Below, in pieces: positions 38,347-51,559 of a DNA stretch of 64,000 nucleotides. The DNA lies in the NCBI RefSeq assembly GCF_006345805.1, contig NC_043026.1, forward strand, positions 2,480,001-2,544,000. Direction: 5' to 3'. Below the pieces are notes generated by a model. The model ran no database searches, had not been told where the DNA came from, and was given only the letters and a program-made list of their open reading frames with translations. The DNA is from Octopus sinensis. Its lineage: Eukaryota. The first letter of the stretch is position 1, and each line of letters begins with the position of its first letter. The position numbers were made by a program, and so were the translations under genes.

Positions 38347-38760
38347 GGGCAGGCATGGCTGTTTGGTAAGACACTTGCTTCCCAACCACATGGTTCCAGG
38401 TTCAGTCCCACTGTGTGGCACCTTGGGCAACTGTCTTCTACTATAGTCTTGGGTCAACCAAAGCCTTGTGAGTGGATTTGGTAGATGGAAAACTGAAAGA
38501 AGCCCAGTGTGTGTGTGTGTGTGTGTGAGAGTGTGTGTGTGTGTGTGTTTGTGTCTGTCCACCTCACCACCACTGCTTGACAACCAATGTTGGTGTGTTT
38601 ATGTCCTTGTAACTTAGCAGTTCGGCAAAAAAGACTGATAGAATAAGTACTTGGCTTACAAAGAATAAGTCCCAGGGTCAATTTGTTCGACTAAAACCCC
38701 CCATAAGGTGATGCTCCAGCATGGCCACGGTCAAATGACCAAAACAAGTAAAGGAATGAA
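38347..38760 (+). mobile_element. SINE family 1
   Basis: Same consensus. Confidence 0.85.
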
Positions 38761-39857
38761 AGAAAATACCATTGACCTTTTGGTCAGGTCTAATTACCAT
38801 CAGTTGCTCGCATCATTGCAAAGGTAAAAGTGAATGTGTTTTAACATAGGGATGAATATGTAAAAGCAGCCAGCACACACTCTGTAATGTGGTTGGCATG
38901 TTAGGAAGGGCATCCAGCCGTAGAAACCTTGCCAAACCAGGCTGGAGTCTGGTGCAGCTCCTCAGCTTCCCAGCTCTGGTCAAACCATCCAACCCATGCC
39001 AGCATGGACAATGGACATTGAATGATGACATTGTGCTGAGATAATGATTTTATTAACGAATGAAAAAAATTGCCATAATTCCAGGATGAAACGTGAAATA
39101 GTAAACTGCAATTCCAGTTGTCCATTATGTAAATGAATGATAGGTAATCGATCAGCATCCAATGATAAAGAAGTCTGTGTTCTTAGTGATGAGAGTACAT
39201 ATGACTGTGCAGTCCAAAGCTGGAAGCACACTGGCACCCACAGATGTCGCAGCAACGGTCAGTTGACTGGATTGAAGCAGATGTTCCCTGTGACATCCTT
39301 CTTTTGCAGCAGTGAGACACTGCAGCCAGTCCTCTTCCAATGAATGAATAAAACAACTAAAATAAGCAACCCCGTGGTGGGAAAGAAGAGATTCATAAAA
39401 TGAGTGAATGTACAGAAAATGTCACCCGACGGAGTCAATAAAGTGTCACATGCTGACTGGATGAATAAGATTAAAAGCTAAGTGATGTGGGAAAACGTGA
39501 CATGATTGGATGAATAAAATAGAAAGCTTAGGAAGAATGTTTTGTGTGAAGACGACTGAAGTTGCCTCAGAATGATTCCCTGATTTAGCCACAGAAAAAT
39601 GCTTGGTGGAGGTGGCCAGATGGAATGACCGATGAGATTCAGGCTCACCAGGCAAACAACACTTGAGAAGAAAAAGGGCCAGGGTGTGTTTATAGATGAC
39701 AACTAAGACAGAAAGAATATGGGTATCTTTTTTGTATATCTTTTACTTGTTTCAGTCATTAGACTGCGACCATGCTGGGGCAGTGCCTTGGAGAATCTTT
39801 AGTCAAATGAATCTACTCCAGGACTTTGGGTCTTAAAACCTGGTACTTTTGCTGAAA

Positions 39858-39894
<37 letters not shown>

Positions 39895-41569
39895 TGTGTG
39901 TGTGTACGTGTGTTTACTCTCTCTCTTGTGAAACTGGTGACCATATATCTATGTTTTAACCAATTTTAGTTTTGAAACGCTTCTTTCACTTTATGCAGTT
40001 GTTACAGGTTTTGCTATGTAAATCCTTGAAGCAATAAAAACATTAGCAAATGTTCAATTCAGCATGGGGCCCTCCGCTGTGTCTTTTTGATTAATTTCTC
40101 AAGTAGAATACTATATTTTCTGGCATACAAGTTGAAAAGCCAGAAAAAGATCGGTCAACTTACACACCAAGATGACTTTGGAGGACCAAAAATTCCAAAA
40201 GCAGGTATCTTATAGTCGTGATTCATATCGAGCCCTTCTGGGTATTTGCACGTGTCTACGATGATAAAAAAATTTACCATCATATTTTCGCATTTTTAAT
40301 GCATTTTTTGCTCGGTTTATATAAGGGAAGTAACTCTCTAAAAATGCTTATATAGTTATTTCCCTTACAAACCCGAGCAACGCTGGGCGATACTGCTAGT
40401 ACTACATACAATGACTTGCATACTGGAAAATATGCTATTCTAATATCTAAAAGGCTGTGGGCCTGGCTGAGTCATTAGCATACCAGGCAAAATGCTCAGT
40501 GTCATTTTGTCCATCTTTACATTCTGAGTTCGAATCCTCCCAGACAAAATGCTTAGCGTTTGTACTCTGCGTGTGTTTGTCCTATTAATATATAATATCT
40601 CTATATTTATACTTGAATATTCTTTGTCTGAAAATCTTCAGCCTCTGCTTTTTCTCTGGTAGTAACAAACGTTTATCAACAACATGTGAAGGGGTCAGGG
40701 TTTACTGGTTTCATTATTCGGTCGTGACTTCAATTTCCGTATATCAAAGGGTCAGCTAATGTGTGTGTGTCTGTCTGTGTGTGTGTGTGTGTGTGTCCCC
40801 GTGTCTGTGTGTGTGCGCGCGCGCGCGCGTGTGTGTGTGTGTCCGTGTATGTGTCTGTGTGTGTGCGTGCGCCTGTGTATTCTATATGAAATAACAGATC
40901 GTTCATATTTTCAGCCATTTCTCGTGAAATACGTATTTATCGTTATTGTATAGACTTAATGTTGGAAGGGAGGCAATTTTTGTAGGCTTATCAAAGGTGA
41001 TAACATATTTATCTCCCTTGAATAATTCAAGCGCGGATAACTTTTGCAATGACCCTCAGTTCCACAACGGGTGAATTTTCCTCAAATCCCACACTACCGT
41101 TAAAAAAAAGGAAAAAGAAACAAAACGTGAGGAACGGAACATACATAATGTAGTCCTAAGCCCTAGTTATAGACTCTCTGGTCGTCAGCAGACACTTGTA
41201 GCGAGTGTTTCAGCCTCCTCGTTCTGATGACAGCGAATGGAGCCGGTGCTTGAGGTGACTGTCCAGCCCAAGGGGGGATTAGAAGAGCCGGGGGAGTTCA
41301 GGGATGAGAAATTGAGAATCAATCTTTGCATCTTCGACTTCTGGTCTCTGCTTCTTCACGTCTGTTATTTTCAATCAGGTCCGTTCATGCAAAACTCTAT
41401 GTAGAGTCCTTTCGACAGTGGACAAATGGACAAACAAAGAATTTTAGCTTCCGAATAACTCTGGTATGGCGAAAGTTGAAAACCACCACAGTAATTATTG
41501 CTTTTGTATCGTTATCCCTATTTTTCGGACGCGTAGTTTCCTTATAATGCTTATGTCCATCTCAAAGGA

Positions 41570-41830
41570 AATCTGCGTAATTTAATGTTACCAACGATGT
41601 TCCACAGTTCTTCTTCGAAATACGCCAGGCGTGGATTGTTGGGTAGGTTTTTGCGAGATTTAAATCCAAGCCTTGGGTTCCCCTTTTATTGCCGACTTAC
41701 TCATCACTATCATCAACTTTATCGAAATGATAGGTCCTATATCTTATACGTTGTATATAGTAATGATTTTTTTTTTCAGGGAGATTAACTCAGCCGACGA
41801 TGTTCTTCGGAACACATCCAAGTAAAGTTT
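41570..41830 (-). mobile_element. Degraded N-terminal fragment of a Penelope-like ORF
   Basis: LGFKSRKNLPNNPRLAYFEEELWNIVGNIKLR resembles the frameshifted N-terminus at about 15245-15320 (PRIKGLEDFEADLLKIMSKIKFR). Confidence 0.5.
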
Positions 41831-41834
41831 GATT

Positions 41835-42258
41835 TAATAATAATAATAATAATGAAATTATTGTATACAGTGCTCAGGTGCACCACAACTTGTCAGAGTA
41901 TATGCAGTAATGTAGAAATGTCTGGAAAGCGAACAATGCATGAGTCAGGTACATGCTTGTGTGTGTATGGAGGGGAAAAAATCAGGAGTAGTGTTGGCGA
42001 ATCTCAGGAAGTTTTGAAGGATGCAGTTCTCCGATAACTAACAACGGATGCCGGCAGTTTGTTCCATGCTTCAGCAACTCTCAGCGTGAAAAAATGTTTC
42101 CTGAAGTCATGGGAGCTGTGCTGTTTTCTGACTTTGTAAATATGTCCACGGGTGTTAGATGGGTGGAGTTTGAAAAGGTGCTCAGAGTTATTGTTGGTAC
42201 GATGGTTGATAATTTTATGGGTGTCTGCCAAGTCAGCTGCCAGACGTCGGAGTTTCAA
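41835..42258 (-). mobile_element. CR1-type LINE 3' end with (ATT)n tail
   Basis: TRGHIYKVRK..FRKHFFTLRVAEAWNKLP..VV C-terminus; tail at 41835-41853. Confidence 0.85.
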
Positions 42259-44513
42259 TGTACAAATTAATATTCAAGGAAAAGCTATAAAGAAAAACAC
42301 GTATGGGAATATCTCGAGTTCGAATCTGCAAAGCGATCCGTACCACATTGCAAGAAACTTCCCCTGCTATTATTTCTCTCGCTGCCTAATTTCCCTTTCT
42401 CAGACAAACGATCGCATATTGTTCTCTGAAGCAGATTTGAAGCATTCGTTCAGGGAAGAAGAGAGATGAGAAAGGAAAGGAAAGAAAAGGGAAGACAAAA
42501 GAAAAAAAGAAGAAGAAAAAGAAAAAGGGGGCAAAGCAGCGGAAGTCGTAGGGGGAGGTGTGATGGTCTACGTCCCCCAGAACAAATTATGTGCTAAGCT
42601 GCGCCCCGCGGTAATGACAGCGATGGCGTTGCCAGGGAGGATGACCGGGCGACACACGTTGGTTCCACATTGAAACATTCATCGAACGTGAAGGCACATC
42701 CATAGAGTAATCGCTATAGAAGTAGAAAAAGCTGCACCAAATGCTTAGCATTTCGTCCTTTGCGTTCTGAGTTCAAATTCCGCCTTTCCTTCCTTTCGGA
42801 GTCGATAAATTAAGTACCAGTGAAACACTGAGGTCAATGTAATCGACTAGGCCCCTCCCCCAAAATTTCAGGCCTTGTGCCTCAAGTAGAAAGGATTATT
42901 TATAGATTCTAGTCAGGCAGCGAACTGGCAGAATGTTTAGCGGCATTTCGGCCGTCTTTACGTTCTGAGTTCAAAGTCCGATAAAATCAGTCAGCTACTA
43001 GGGTCGAAGTAATCGACTTCCATAAACAATCTCGATTGTTCACAAATAGGATAGGAACTATAACAAGTCCACTGCTACTTCAGTTTTTCAACCCTTGAAG
43101 AACTGATTGTAAAAATGAATAAATTCAACGGGATTTGAACGCAAAACGTTCACAGTATATTGCATTCTCATCAAACCAGATTTCTTTAATAACCTTGAAT
43201 GGCTGTTGATTAGATTCGTCAAAAAATTCTTGAAATTACGTCATGAAGGTTGACGGCAGACATTATGACGTTGGATTCCTAAAGAAACAAACTGAAGGTT
43301 TTTCTCACTTCTACTTGGCTTTCTTTAGAATTGGTGCTTCAAGTTAGTCACGGGTTGATTTATTATATTTCTTATTGGTTCATTGGCTTTGAGTTAATCC
43401 CTGTCTTATCTTCATAATTTAACTGATAACTTAATCAACCAACTCTCTTTTCCTTTCTTTTCTCCTTTCGTCTTAAAGACTTTCCTTTCTCTATTTCCGT
43501 CTTTAACACTACTTCTCTTTGTATTTTTGCCTGCTTCATTTGGTCATTAATAACCGACTGATTCAAATATAACGTTTATCATTCATTTTATTACAATTGA
43601 ATTCACTGCCTTTATACAATGTCTCCTTTGCTTCTCTCTCTCTCTCTCCCTACCTTCCTTTCTCTGCATTTAAATATTTGGTTGATTGATTTCTAATTAA
43701 TCAAACAACAAATTAGAATTATTTCTATTTAATTTACTGATATCATTATCAATCAATTCTTTCTTTCTCTTTCTATTTTCCTTTCGATTGTAAGTTTACC
43801 TGTTTGATTAATTGTTTAATTACCTGTCTGGGCTTTTGCTTGTTTTGTTTTTAATCAATCTATTTCTTTTCACTTTAATTAAATAAGTAAAAGCGGCGAC
43901 CAGGCAGAACCGTCGGCACGCCGGACAATAGTGCTCAGCGTGACTACTTCTTCTTCTTTGCTCTTTCTCGAGTCACGCCTGGCTCATAAGGGCCGGTTTC
44001 CCGGTTTCCTTGGCGTATAGGTTCCCCACCTGGACGGGACACCGGTCCATCGCAGTTGAGCTGCAAGATGCAGGAGGAAAGAGTGAGAGAAAGTCGTGGC
44101 GAAAGAGTCAGCAGAAGTTTGCCATTAAGAAAAAAATTCTGAAAATTCCTAAAAATAAAAACATTATGGCGGCTTATGTGGGGTCATAAACCAGAATTCC
44201 AATTTTTTATTTTCTTTTTTATTTGCTTTTCATTATTTATTTATTTGATTCCATTAATTCTTGTATTTTAGGGTTTTTAAGCGAATAAATTGATGTCTTC
44301 ATTGTTGTCAACAGGTACTGAGAGAACGTGTGACCTGCTTCATTTCCCCGGCAACACTTTCTTTAACCAAGTTCTTCACAGAGTAAACTCTGTCAGACTT
44401 CATTCCAATTTCACAGATGAAGCACCGCTTCAACGTTTTCCTTGTAAGAAATATCCCTTGATAAGCTACCCAAGCAATTCACTTTGAACGAACTTTTCGC
44501 AGAGGTGGTGAAT

Positions 44514-45061
44514 ATGAGTCATGAAGATGAATTAGGGAAGGACGAAACTATGGTGCAGGTGATAGATGAATTAAAAAGGAGGAAAAGCAGATATCACAGG
44601 AGTTGAAGGAACTGAAGGAACTGGAAAAACAGATGAATAAAGATCTAAAGGCAGGTATGAGCAAGTTAGAAGAGTTGGAAATACCCGAGCTAAAGGAACT
44701 GGAAACTCTGGAGCTGAAAGAACCTGAAGATCTGGCGATAGCTGAATTGGATGATCTAGAAGAACTGGAAGAACTGGAAGAAATGGAGATACCTGAGCTG
44801 AAGGAACTGAAGGAAGATTTAGAGGCAAGTGAGATGAAGGAACTAGATCTCGAAATACCGGAGCTAAAGGAGCTGGAAGATCTGGAGATAAATGAGTTGA
44901 AAGATCTGGATGATCTGGAGATAAATGAGTTGAAAGACCTGGATGATCTGGAGATACCTGAGCTGAAAGAACTGGAAGATTTGAAGATAATGGATGACAC
45001 CGAACTGAATAAAGAGATAGAAGACTTGGAGTGTTTGAAGAATTGGCGGCTCCACTGTTGA
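44514..45061 (+). CDS. Candidate acidic Leu/Glu-rich repeat protein (LEIPELKELED-like 11-aa units); one-base frameshift in an A5 run near the start
   Basis: Open frame 44576-45061 with repeats that vary largely at synonymous positions. The ATG at 44514 follows a cttttcgcag acceptor-like site and joins the repeat frame if one A is added at 44573-44577 (182 aa). Confidence 0.5.
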
Positions 45062-45357
45062 AAAAGAAATGTCAAATCTGTTTAAGTTTGCAATGGCAGT
45101 GTTAAAGTAATATCTTTGGTTTCATCCAAAGATTGGTTTCGTCAGAAAATATAATTCGGAATGTGAAAGTATATTCATTGTTCAAGATGTATTTCAGTCG
45201 ATATAAAAGTTATAAAGATTAGATTTGCGCATAGCTGTTTGCTTATCATTTGCTATCATAACATATTATCTTTTTAACACACGTCATATGAATGTTTCTC
45301 ACATGTATTTATAGACATTAGCTTAAATAATTTTGCAATTATTTGATTTCACTCCAA

Positions 45358-45515
45358 GGCGGCGAGCTGGCAGAATCGTTAGCACACCGGACAAAATGCT
45401 TAACCGTACTTCGTCCGTCTTTACAGTCTGAGTTCAAATTCCACTGAGGTACACTTTGCCTTCGACTTAACCCCTCCTCACGAACTTACTAACCTTTTGC
45501 CAAAGTTTGAAACCG
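45358..45515 (+). mobile_element. SINE family 2 (ggcggcgagctggcagaatcgttagc...gagttcaaattcc)
   Basis: Pol III A/B boxes. Further copies at about 4393-4610 +, 7935-8090 +, 22860-23050 -, 35250-35355 -, 37290-37495 -, 42740-42900 + and 42916-43020 +. Confidence 0.8.
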
Positions 45516-46015
45516 TTATTTTATTTCACTTTGCGGCATGTACTGAAGATCGAATCAGTATTATTTCTGTAAGTATAAACTAAAGGAGAAATGGAGGTGC
45601 AAAACAGATAACAACTGATGGCTTTATTAAGCTACATCAGACCTCTTTCCTCCACGCTAAATATTAGCATGGAGTTAACAGTGCATAGGAATGTCTGGAA
45701 ATTAGTAGCTAATAGGGAACCTATTTCGTTACTAGCAACTCGATATAAACAAGAGTGCATTTTGCACCAAAATCCAGCTTGAGCGTTTCTCTCACGTTAT
45801 CTGCCGCAGTATAGTTTGTTCTAACAGAACATCAATATCTAAGCAGAAATAAATATTATTTCTCAGTACAAATACTGCCTCTGTCGCTTATACACACACA
45901 CACATATATATATATATAGGTACTTAACTCATATAATATACATACATACATAACTATATATATATACATATACATATATGTGTGTGTGTGTGTGTATTTG
46001 TATTTATGTGTGTAT

Positions 46016-46067
<52 letters not shown>

Positions 46068-46314
46068 CATAGCTTTACAGGCTCTAGCTACCATACTACA
46101 TTATAAAAATTACCGTAGATGTAATGCCATACTAAGACTTACGGATTATGTACTTCATGGTACATATGTACACAATGTCACTGTTTACCTTCCATATCAA
46201 TTTACACATAAGGCAAGGTCTCGTTGCAAACTACATATATCAACTAAACAAGGTCTAGCTACAATATTAAACGAATCAACTAGGTAAAGTATAACTAACA
46301 TAATACATAACTGA

Positions 46315-46709
46315 GATCTTCCAATGGATGTTATCGTTGACACCTTACTGGATAATTTGGTTGTTTTTCTTTTTTCCCAGTGTCTGAAACTGAAGGTGTG
46401 ATTGTTGAACCTGGCTTTGAAATTCCCCTCTGTGAGACCCACATATTTATTTGATGAAACAATGTCCTTAGTGGTTGTAGAGACTACAGTGGCTTCATAA
46501 ATGATGGTCTCGGACATGCAGGCTCCATTTTCGCGGGCACAAATTTTTATCCCTGCATGAACAGCTGGTGGTCATTGTTGTTTTTATGTGTTGTGTGCAA
46601 TTATATTTTTAAAATTAGTAATTGAGCTAAAACTAATTTTTAAGTTATGCCTATTAAAGAGCTTTCTGTAATTATGATTGATTGGAAAATGCCTATCTAT
46701 AAGTGATAA
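46315..46709 (-). mobile_element. Penelope-like fragment related to the 15555 element
   Basis: LSLIDRHFPINHNYRKLFNRHNLK and MSETIIYEATV..KYVGLTEGNFKARFNNHTFSFRHW are nearly identical to segments of ORF 15555-17099. Confidence 0.9.
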
Positions 46710-48078
46710 CGGTTGAAAAAAGAACAAAATAATTAAAAATGACAGAGAATACTGGAAGTATTTAATATTTAGCTTCAATCACACTCTGACATCTTCGACT
46801 GCATGGGGAAATTAAATTTTCAATTTCTTGCTGTGTGATCTTATTCCATTCTTCCCGAAGGGCATTCCATAATTGCTCGGTTATTGTAGGATTTCTGGCA
46901 TTCGAACGTTCTCCTAGAATATTCCACACATTTTTAATAGAATTGAGATCTGGGCTTTGAGCAGACCAATCCATAGCAATAACTTTTTCAGCCTTGAGGA
47001 AGTTCATGACCACCTTAGCCTTGTGACATGGGGCATTGTCCTGCATGAATATGGGTGGTCGCTTAGTTGAATTTCTTAGCACAGGCAAGACATGATCTTT
47101 TACAAGTTGTTTATAAACTCCTGCGTTTACCTTTCCATGTAATCGCACCAAAGGGCCCACAACATCTCCAGATATCATCCCCCAAACCATGACACTTCCT
47201 CCACCAAATTTAACACTAGTCTTAAGGCATTTAGGCGACAATTTTTCACCTACTTTTCTACGAACGTACCTTTTCCCATCTGAGCCAAATTACATAAACT
47301 TAGATTCATCACTGAAATGCACCGTTTGCCATTTTTCTTGAAACCACAACACATGTTCGGTTGCAAAGGTAAGGCAACACTTTTTATTCTTGGAGCTGAT
47401 CAGTGGCTACACTGCAGGTGCTCTTGCTTGTAGGTCATGTTCAACTAAACAACGAGACACAGTTTTTCGAGATAAAGTTTTCTTCAATACAATGCTCATT
47501 TTCCGAGAAACAGCAGCAGCAGTTTTAAATCTGTCCTTTTTAACCAACTTTACCATAGCACGATCTTCTCTCTTGGTCGTTTTTCTTGGCCTACCTGTAG
47601 ACTTTCTTGCTTCACACGAATACCATGAACAACATTTTTTGACTTGTTAACAATCTTTGCAATAGACCCAATACTTAAATTATCCTTCTTTCGAAGCTTA
47701 ATAATCTGCTGACGAATTAGTAACGGAGTAAGTGGCATTATATTAAAGTGCACTGCAGATATTCTTACTAATGTTTAGTAAACGAACCGTCACGTAAACA
47801 AATTCAAAACATTTGAGTTCGCCGGTTAAATATACTAAAACACGGAGTAAAAGCAACCGTTCTGATCATTTTGGCTGCCATGGGTTTTGCAGTAAATCAC
47901 TAAATCATCCATAACTTTTGTATTATCCTCTCAAATTACACCAAAATCGCAGACAATAACAAATAATGTCGTATTTATTGTCTGTGAAAATTATAGAAGA
48001 TAAAACAACTTTGATAAGAAATTATACTTACTTTTCTGATGAAAACAATGCCGTTCTGAACATTTTGACCGTAACTGT
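46710..48078 (-). mobile_element. Tc1-family DNA transposon, degraded, 3' end truncated
   Basis: KFGGGSVMVWG, FMQDNAPCH and WSAQSPDLNSIKNVW motifs. Terminus CAGT/TA at 48078, with an internal repeat of the terminal motif at about 47857-47880 (IR/DR-like). Confidence 0.92.
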
Positions 48079-48084
48079 ATATAC

Positions 48085-48115
<31 letters not shown>

Positions 48116-49494
48116 GCCATGCTGAAGCACCGCCTCGAAAGGGTTAAGTCGAACAAATTGAGCTCAGTACTTTTTTAAGCCTGGTACATATTCTCTCAGT
48201 CTCTTTTGCCGAACCGCTAAGCCCGGTTTCACCCGGTCGGTTTGGATGATGTGGTTGTAAAACCTGCTCTGTGTAAGCATTCGACTTGCTTGGGCACGCT
48301 TACGTTAAAAAATCAATTTTAGAATGACTTTTTGTTTTGTCAAAACGCTAAAAATAACTGACCAACAAAAAACAACCAAGATTCACCGAAATCAAAAAAA
48401 TAAACCCAAATACTAAGCGAACAAAGATGCAAAACAACAGAAACAAACATAAAAAAATAAAACAAAAATTAAAAGAAATAAAAAAATAAGTAAAGAAATC
48501 TTTTAAATTTTCAAAGGTCAAAAATCAACAAAAAAAATAATAACTGAAAAACATTAAATACCGCAAACTCAATGCGAAATATTACACAAAATTTAAAACG
48601 AAAAGAAAAAAACCCATTTGAAACTGAAAACCAAATAACTGAAACACTACAAAGGAAAACTTCACAAAAAATCCCCCCCCACACACACACACATTCACAT
48701 ACCCCCCTTTTACATACACACATATATTCACACAGAGTTGAAACGCTGTTTGATTTATTTTTCCAGCGTACAATTTTCATCCTCCCACTACCAAGTGTCA
48801 CATCACCCCTTCCTTCCTTATTCATCTATCACTCCTTCCTTTCTCATTCATAAACGCAAGAGTATTATTATAGTAGATTATCTCAGTAACCATGGGAGCT
48901 ATGAAAAAATACAAAGCCCAGCAACACCACCTGATCTTTCTACACATCGATGAGTAATTTTTCGCGCAATTCCACCCAGCCGTTTGACCGTGAATCCCAA
49001 GACAAGAAAGAATCGCCCATGTCAAATTATATGTATAGATTTTTAAACTATCATACAAAATACATCCACATCATATCTCAGGCCGTTTGACCCAGTGCAG
49101 GTTTCCTTACAGGTATTGTGCTTTTGTTCACATCGGTGTTGTTACTAATATCAGCCATGATCGTGCTAGCGGAATAGCACATGGTGTAAGATATATTTCT
49201 TTCAATTCGATCTGAACACCCTCATTTATAACTGAAGAAATAAGTCAGTTACTGACTTGGGCAGGAAGAATTGGCATAATCGTAGAAGAAAACGTTCAAA
49301 GTGGCAATTCGAACATTTCCTTTCATCATCATCATTGTTCGACCGTGGTCGAGACAATGGAATTTACTATGTTACGCCAGACCTCACGGTCCATCATAGC
49401 ATTACGGAGGTCCTGTTGCTGGATGCCTGTATCCCTGGAGATTACATCAGGGTAGGAGAGGGTGCACCCTCTGGTATCGCAAGCAATTGCTTCT

Positions 49495-50600
49495 GACAGA
49501 GCGACTTCTCAAACATCTTTCCAAGACATTTAATCAGATTTTCCTCTGTTGATGGTATGGCTTCTCCTTGCACTTGTAGCTTAATTTTGTTTGTTACTTT
49601 ACCTCCTCTGGTTACCATACCCCTATATTTGGGAGGCTTAAACTTCTTTCTAACGAATATTACCATGTGTTCAAATGAGGTCAGCACCATTTCTGCCTCC
49701 ACATGGGTTGTAGTTGTTACCGTGATATCATCCATGAAACCCCTTATTGGCTGCTGACAGCTGCCTGATTCCATTGTTGGTCCTTGGCCTTCATTTTCAG
49801 CAGCTGACACGAGGAGATTCATAGCCATGATGAAAAGAATGAGGGAGATTGTGCAACCAGTTATGATTCCTTTCTCAAGGTCTTGCCACTGACTTGTGAA
49901 GTGGGCTGTTCTGAAACATAACTCGATGCCTCCAAAGTGATTGCTGATTATTCCCTCAACAGGTGAGGAATATGGTAACAGTCAAGGGCTGCATATATGA
50001 GGCTGTGAGGAATTGATCCACATGCATTTTCCAGATCCAGCCAAACCACTGTCATGTCACCTTTACTTCTTTTGGCCTCCCGAATCAGCTGGTTGTGTTC
50101 CAGACAGCCCGAGAAACCCGAGACCCTCACCTTTCTGGATAGAGGTGTTTATATACTCATTGTATGAGGTCACCCTTTTTTGGTCAGTACAGAAGGTTTT
50201 TTCCCTCAACACTCAGGAAGGAGAATGGTCCTGAATTTGTGAATGGCTGATGAGTTTTCTTCCTTTGGCAGCACAAAACTTCCTTTCGGTGGAATGATAC
50301 CATTTGTTCAGATCTTTCAGAATAGTGTCCACAGCCTCTGAAGGAGCCATGGGCTTTTCTTGTATACTTTATAAGGTACACCACTTGGACAGGAGCTGAT
50401 CCTGATCTGGCCCCTTTCACAACTACTCGTCCCACTTCTTTCCAGAATGGACAACTGACGTTGAACTCATTTCCTGGTATTTCAGCTCTACAGACTTTTG
50501 GGTTAACATTAGGAGCTTGATTCTGAGGTTATGGGTAGATCTCTCCCCCTCCACCCAGAAAAGCTTCTACCTCTCTCTGGAGCTGGTCCATTTCCCTGAT
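49495..50600 (-). mobile_element. Degraded non-LTR RT fragment (Hero/R2-group-like)
   Basis: GFSGCLEH, VVWLDLENACGSIPH, GIITGCTISLILF, GFMDDITVTT and FKPPK.R motifs, with frameshifts. Confidence 0.82.
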
Positions 50601-50722
50601 TTGGTCCTCCATGTCCCAACACTGTTCGGGTCAGCCTGAAAGAGTCACCTGTCATGTGCGTGTATATGTATGCGTTTGTGTATGTGTGCATGCGTTGTGT
50701 GTGTGTATGTGTTTGTCTACAG

Positions 50723-50942
50723 ACGAGGGAGTATTGAAATGTTTCTGGCTTCAGGTAAAACAAAATAGAGACGAATCACTTCATTAGCATTCTATTCAAC
50801 ATATTCTCCCCTCTCACATTCACACACTTGTTGCAGTGGCCCTTCAGTTTTTCTAAGCCCTGGGAAAAAGAACACAGCTGGTTCGGTCTCCAGCCAGTCC
50901 TCTGCAGCAGTGGTCATGCCGGGTACTTTTCATCAACCCCTG
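50723..50942. mobile_element. Diverged copy of the same MITE
   Basis: Shares internal sequence (tattcaacat..ccttcagtttttct.agccctg) and decayed TIRs with 30691-30912. Confidence 0.65.
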
Positions 50943-51301
50943 TATACACATACCTACCCACCTAACTACACACACGGATGGATTAACGCAGAGACATTCA
51001 ACTAAAGGGAGATAACCATTCATATACCATTAACAGAAAATTAGCTCGGTCAAGACAGCATATATACACACACACACACACAGACAGACAGATAGATGGA
51101 TAGAGAGAGAGAGACAGATAGATATATCGATAGATAAATAGACTATTTGTAATGATGTACAGATTTTATGCTTTAAAGAAAGGAGTCTGTGAGAATTTTG
51201 GATAATTCGTTATTAGTGTTTACATCTCATTCATTGGAACTTGTCAGATTTGAGTTTTACAGGAAACTTTGTCTTTTGTTGAAATCTGTTTTGCTTTGTT
51301 A

Positions 51302-51372
<71 letters not shown>

Positions 51373-51559
51373 AGAAAAAGAGAAAAGATGCGATGAGAGA
51401 AGGTAAGAGAGAAAGAAGAGAAAAGAGAAAAAAAGGGATAAAGAAAGGAAGAAGGGAGATAGAGAGACAAGCGATCTTTTTTCTTGTTTTGTTTAGTTTT
51501 TTTCTGTAAGATGGCTTTCATTTTAATATTCGGATGGTTTGCTGTTTGTAGTTTTTCCC

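Noticed and set aside
43193-43278. AG/GT-bounded segment ending ...FK, a candidate exon before ANGG
   Set aside because: In-frame stop and no PTER similarity.
44548-45075. Ser-rich 175-aa minus-strand ORF
   Set aside because: Antisense shadow of the plus-strand Glu/Leu repeat.
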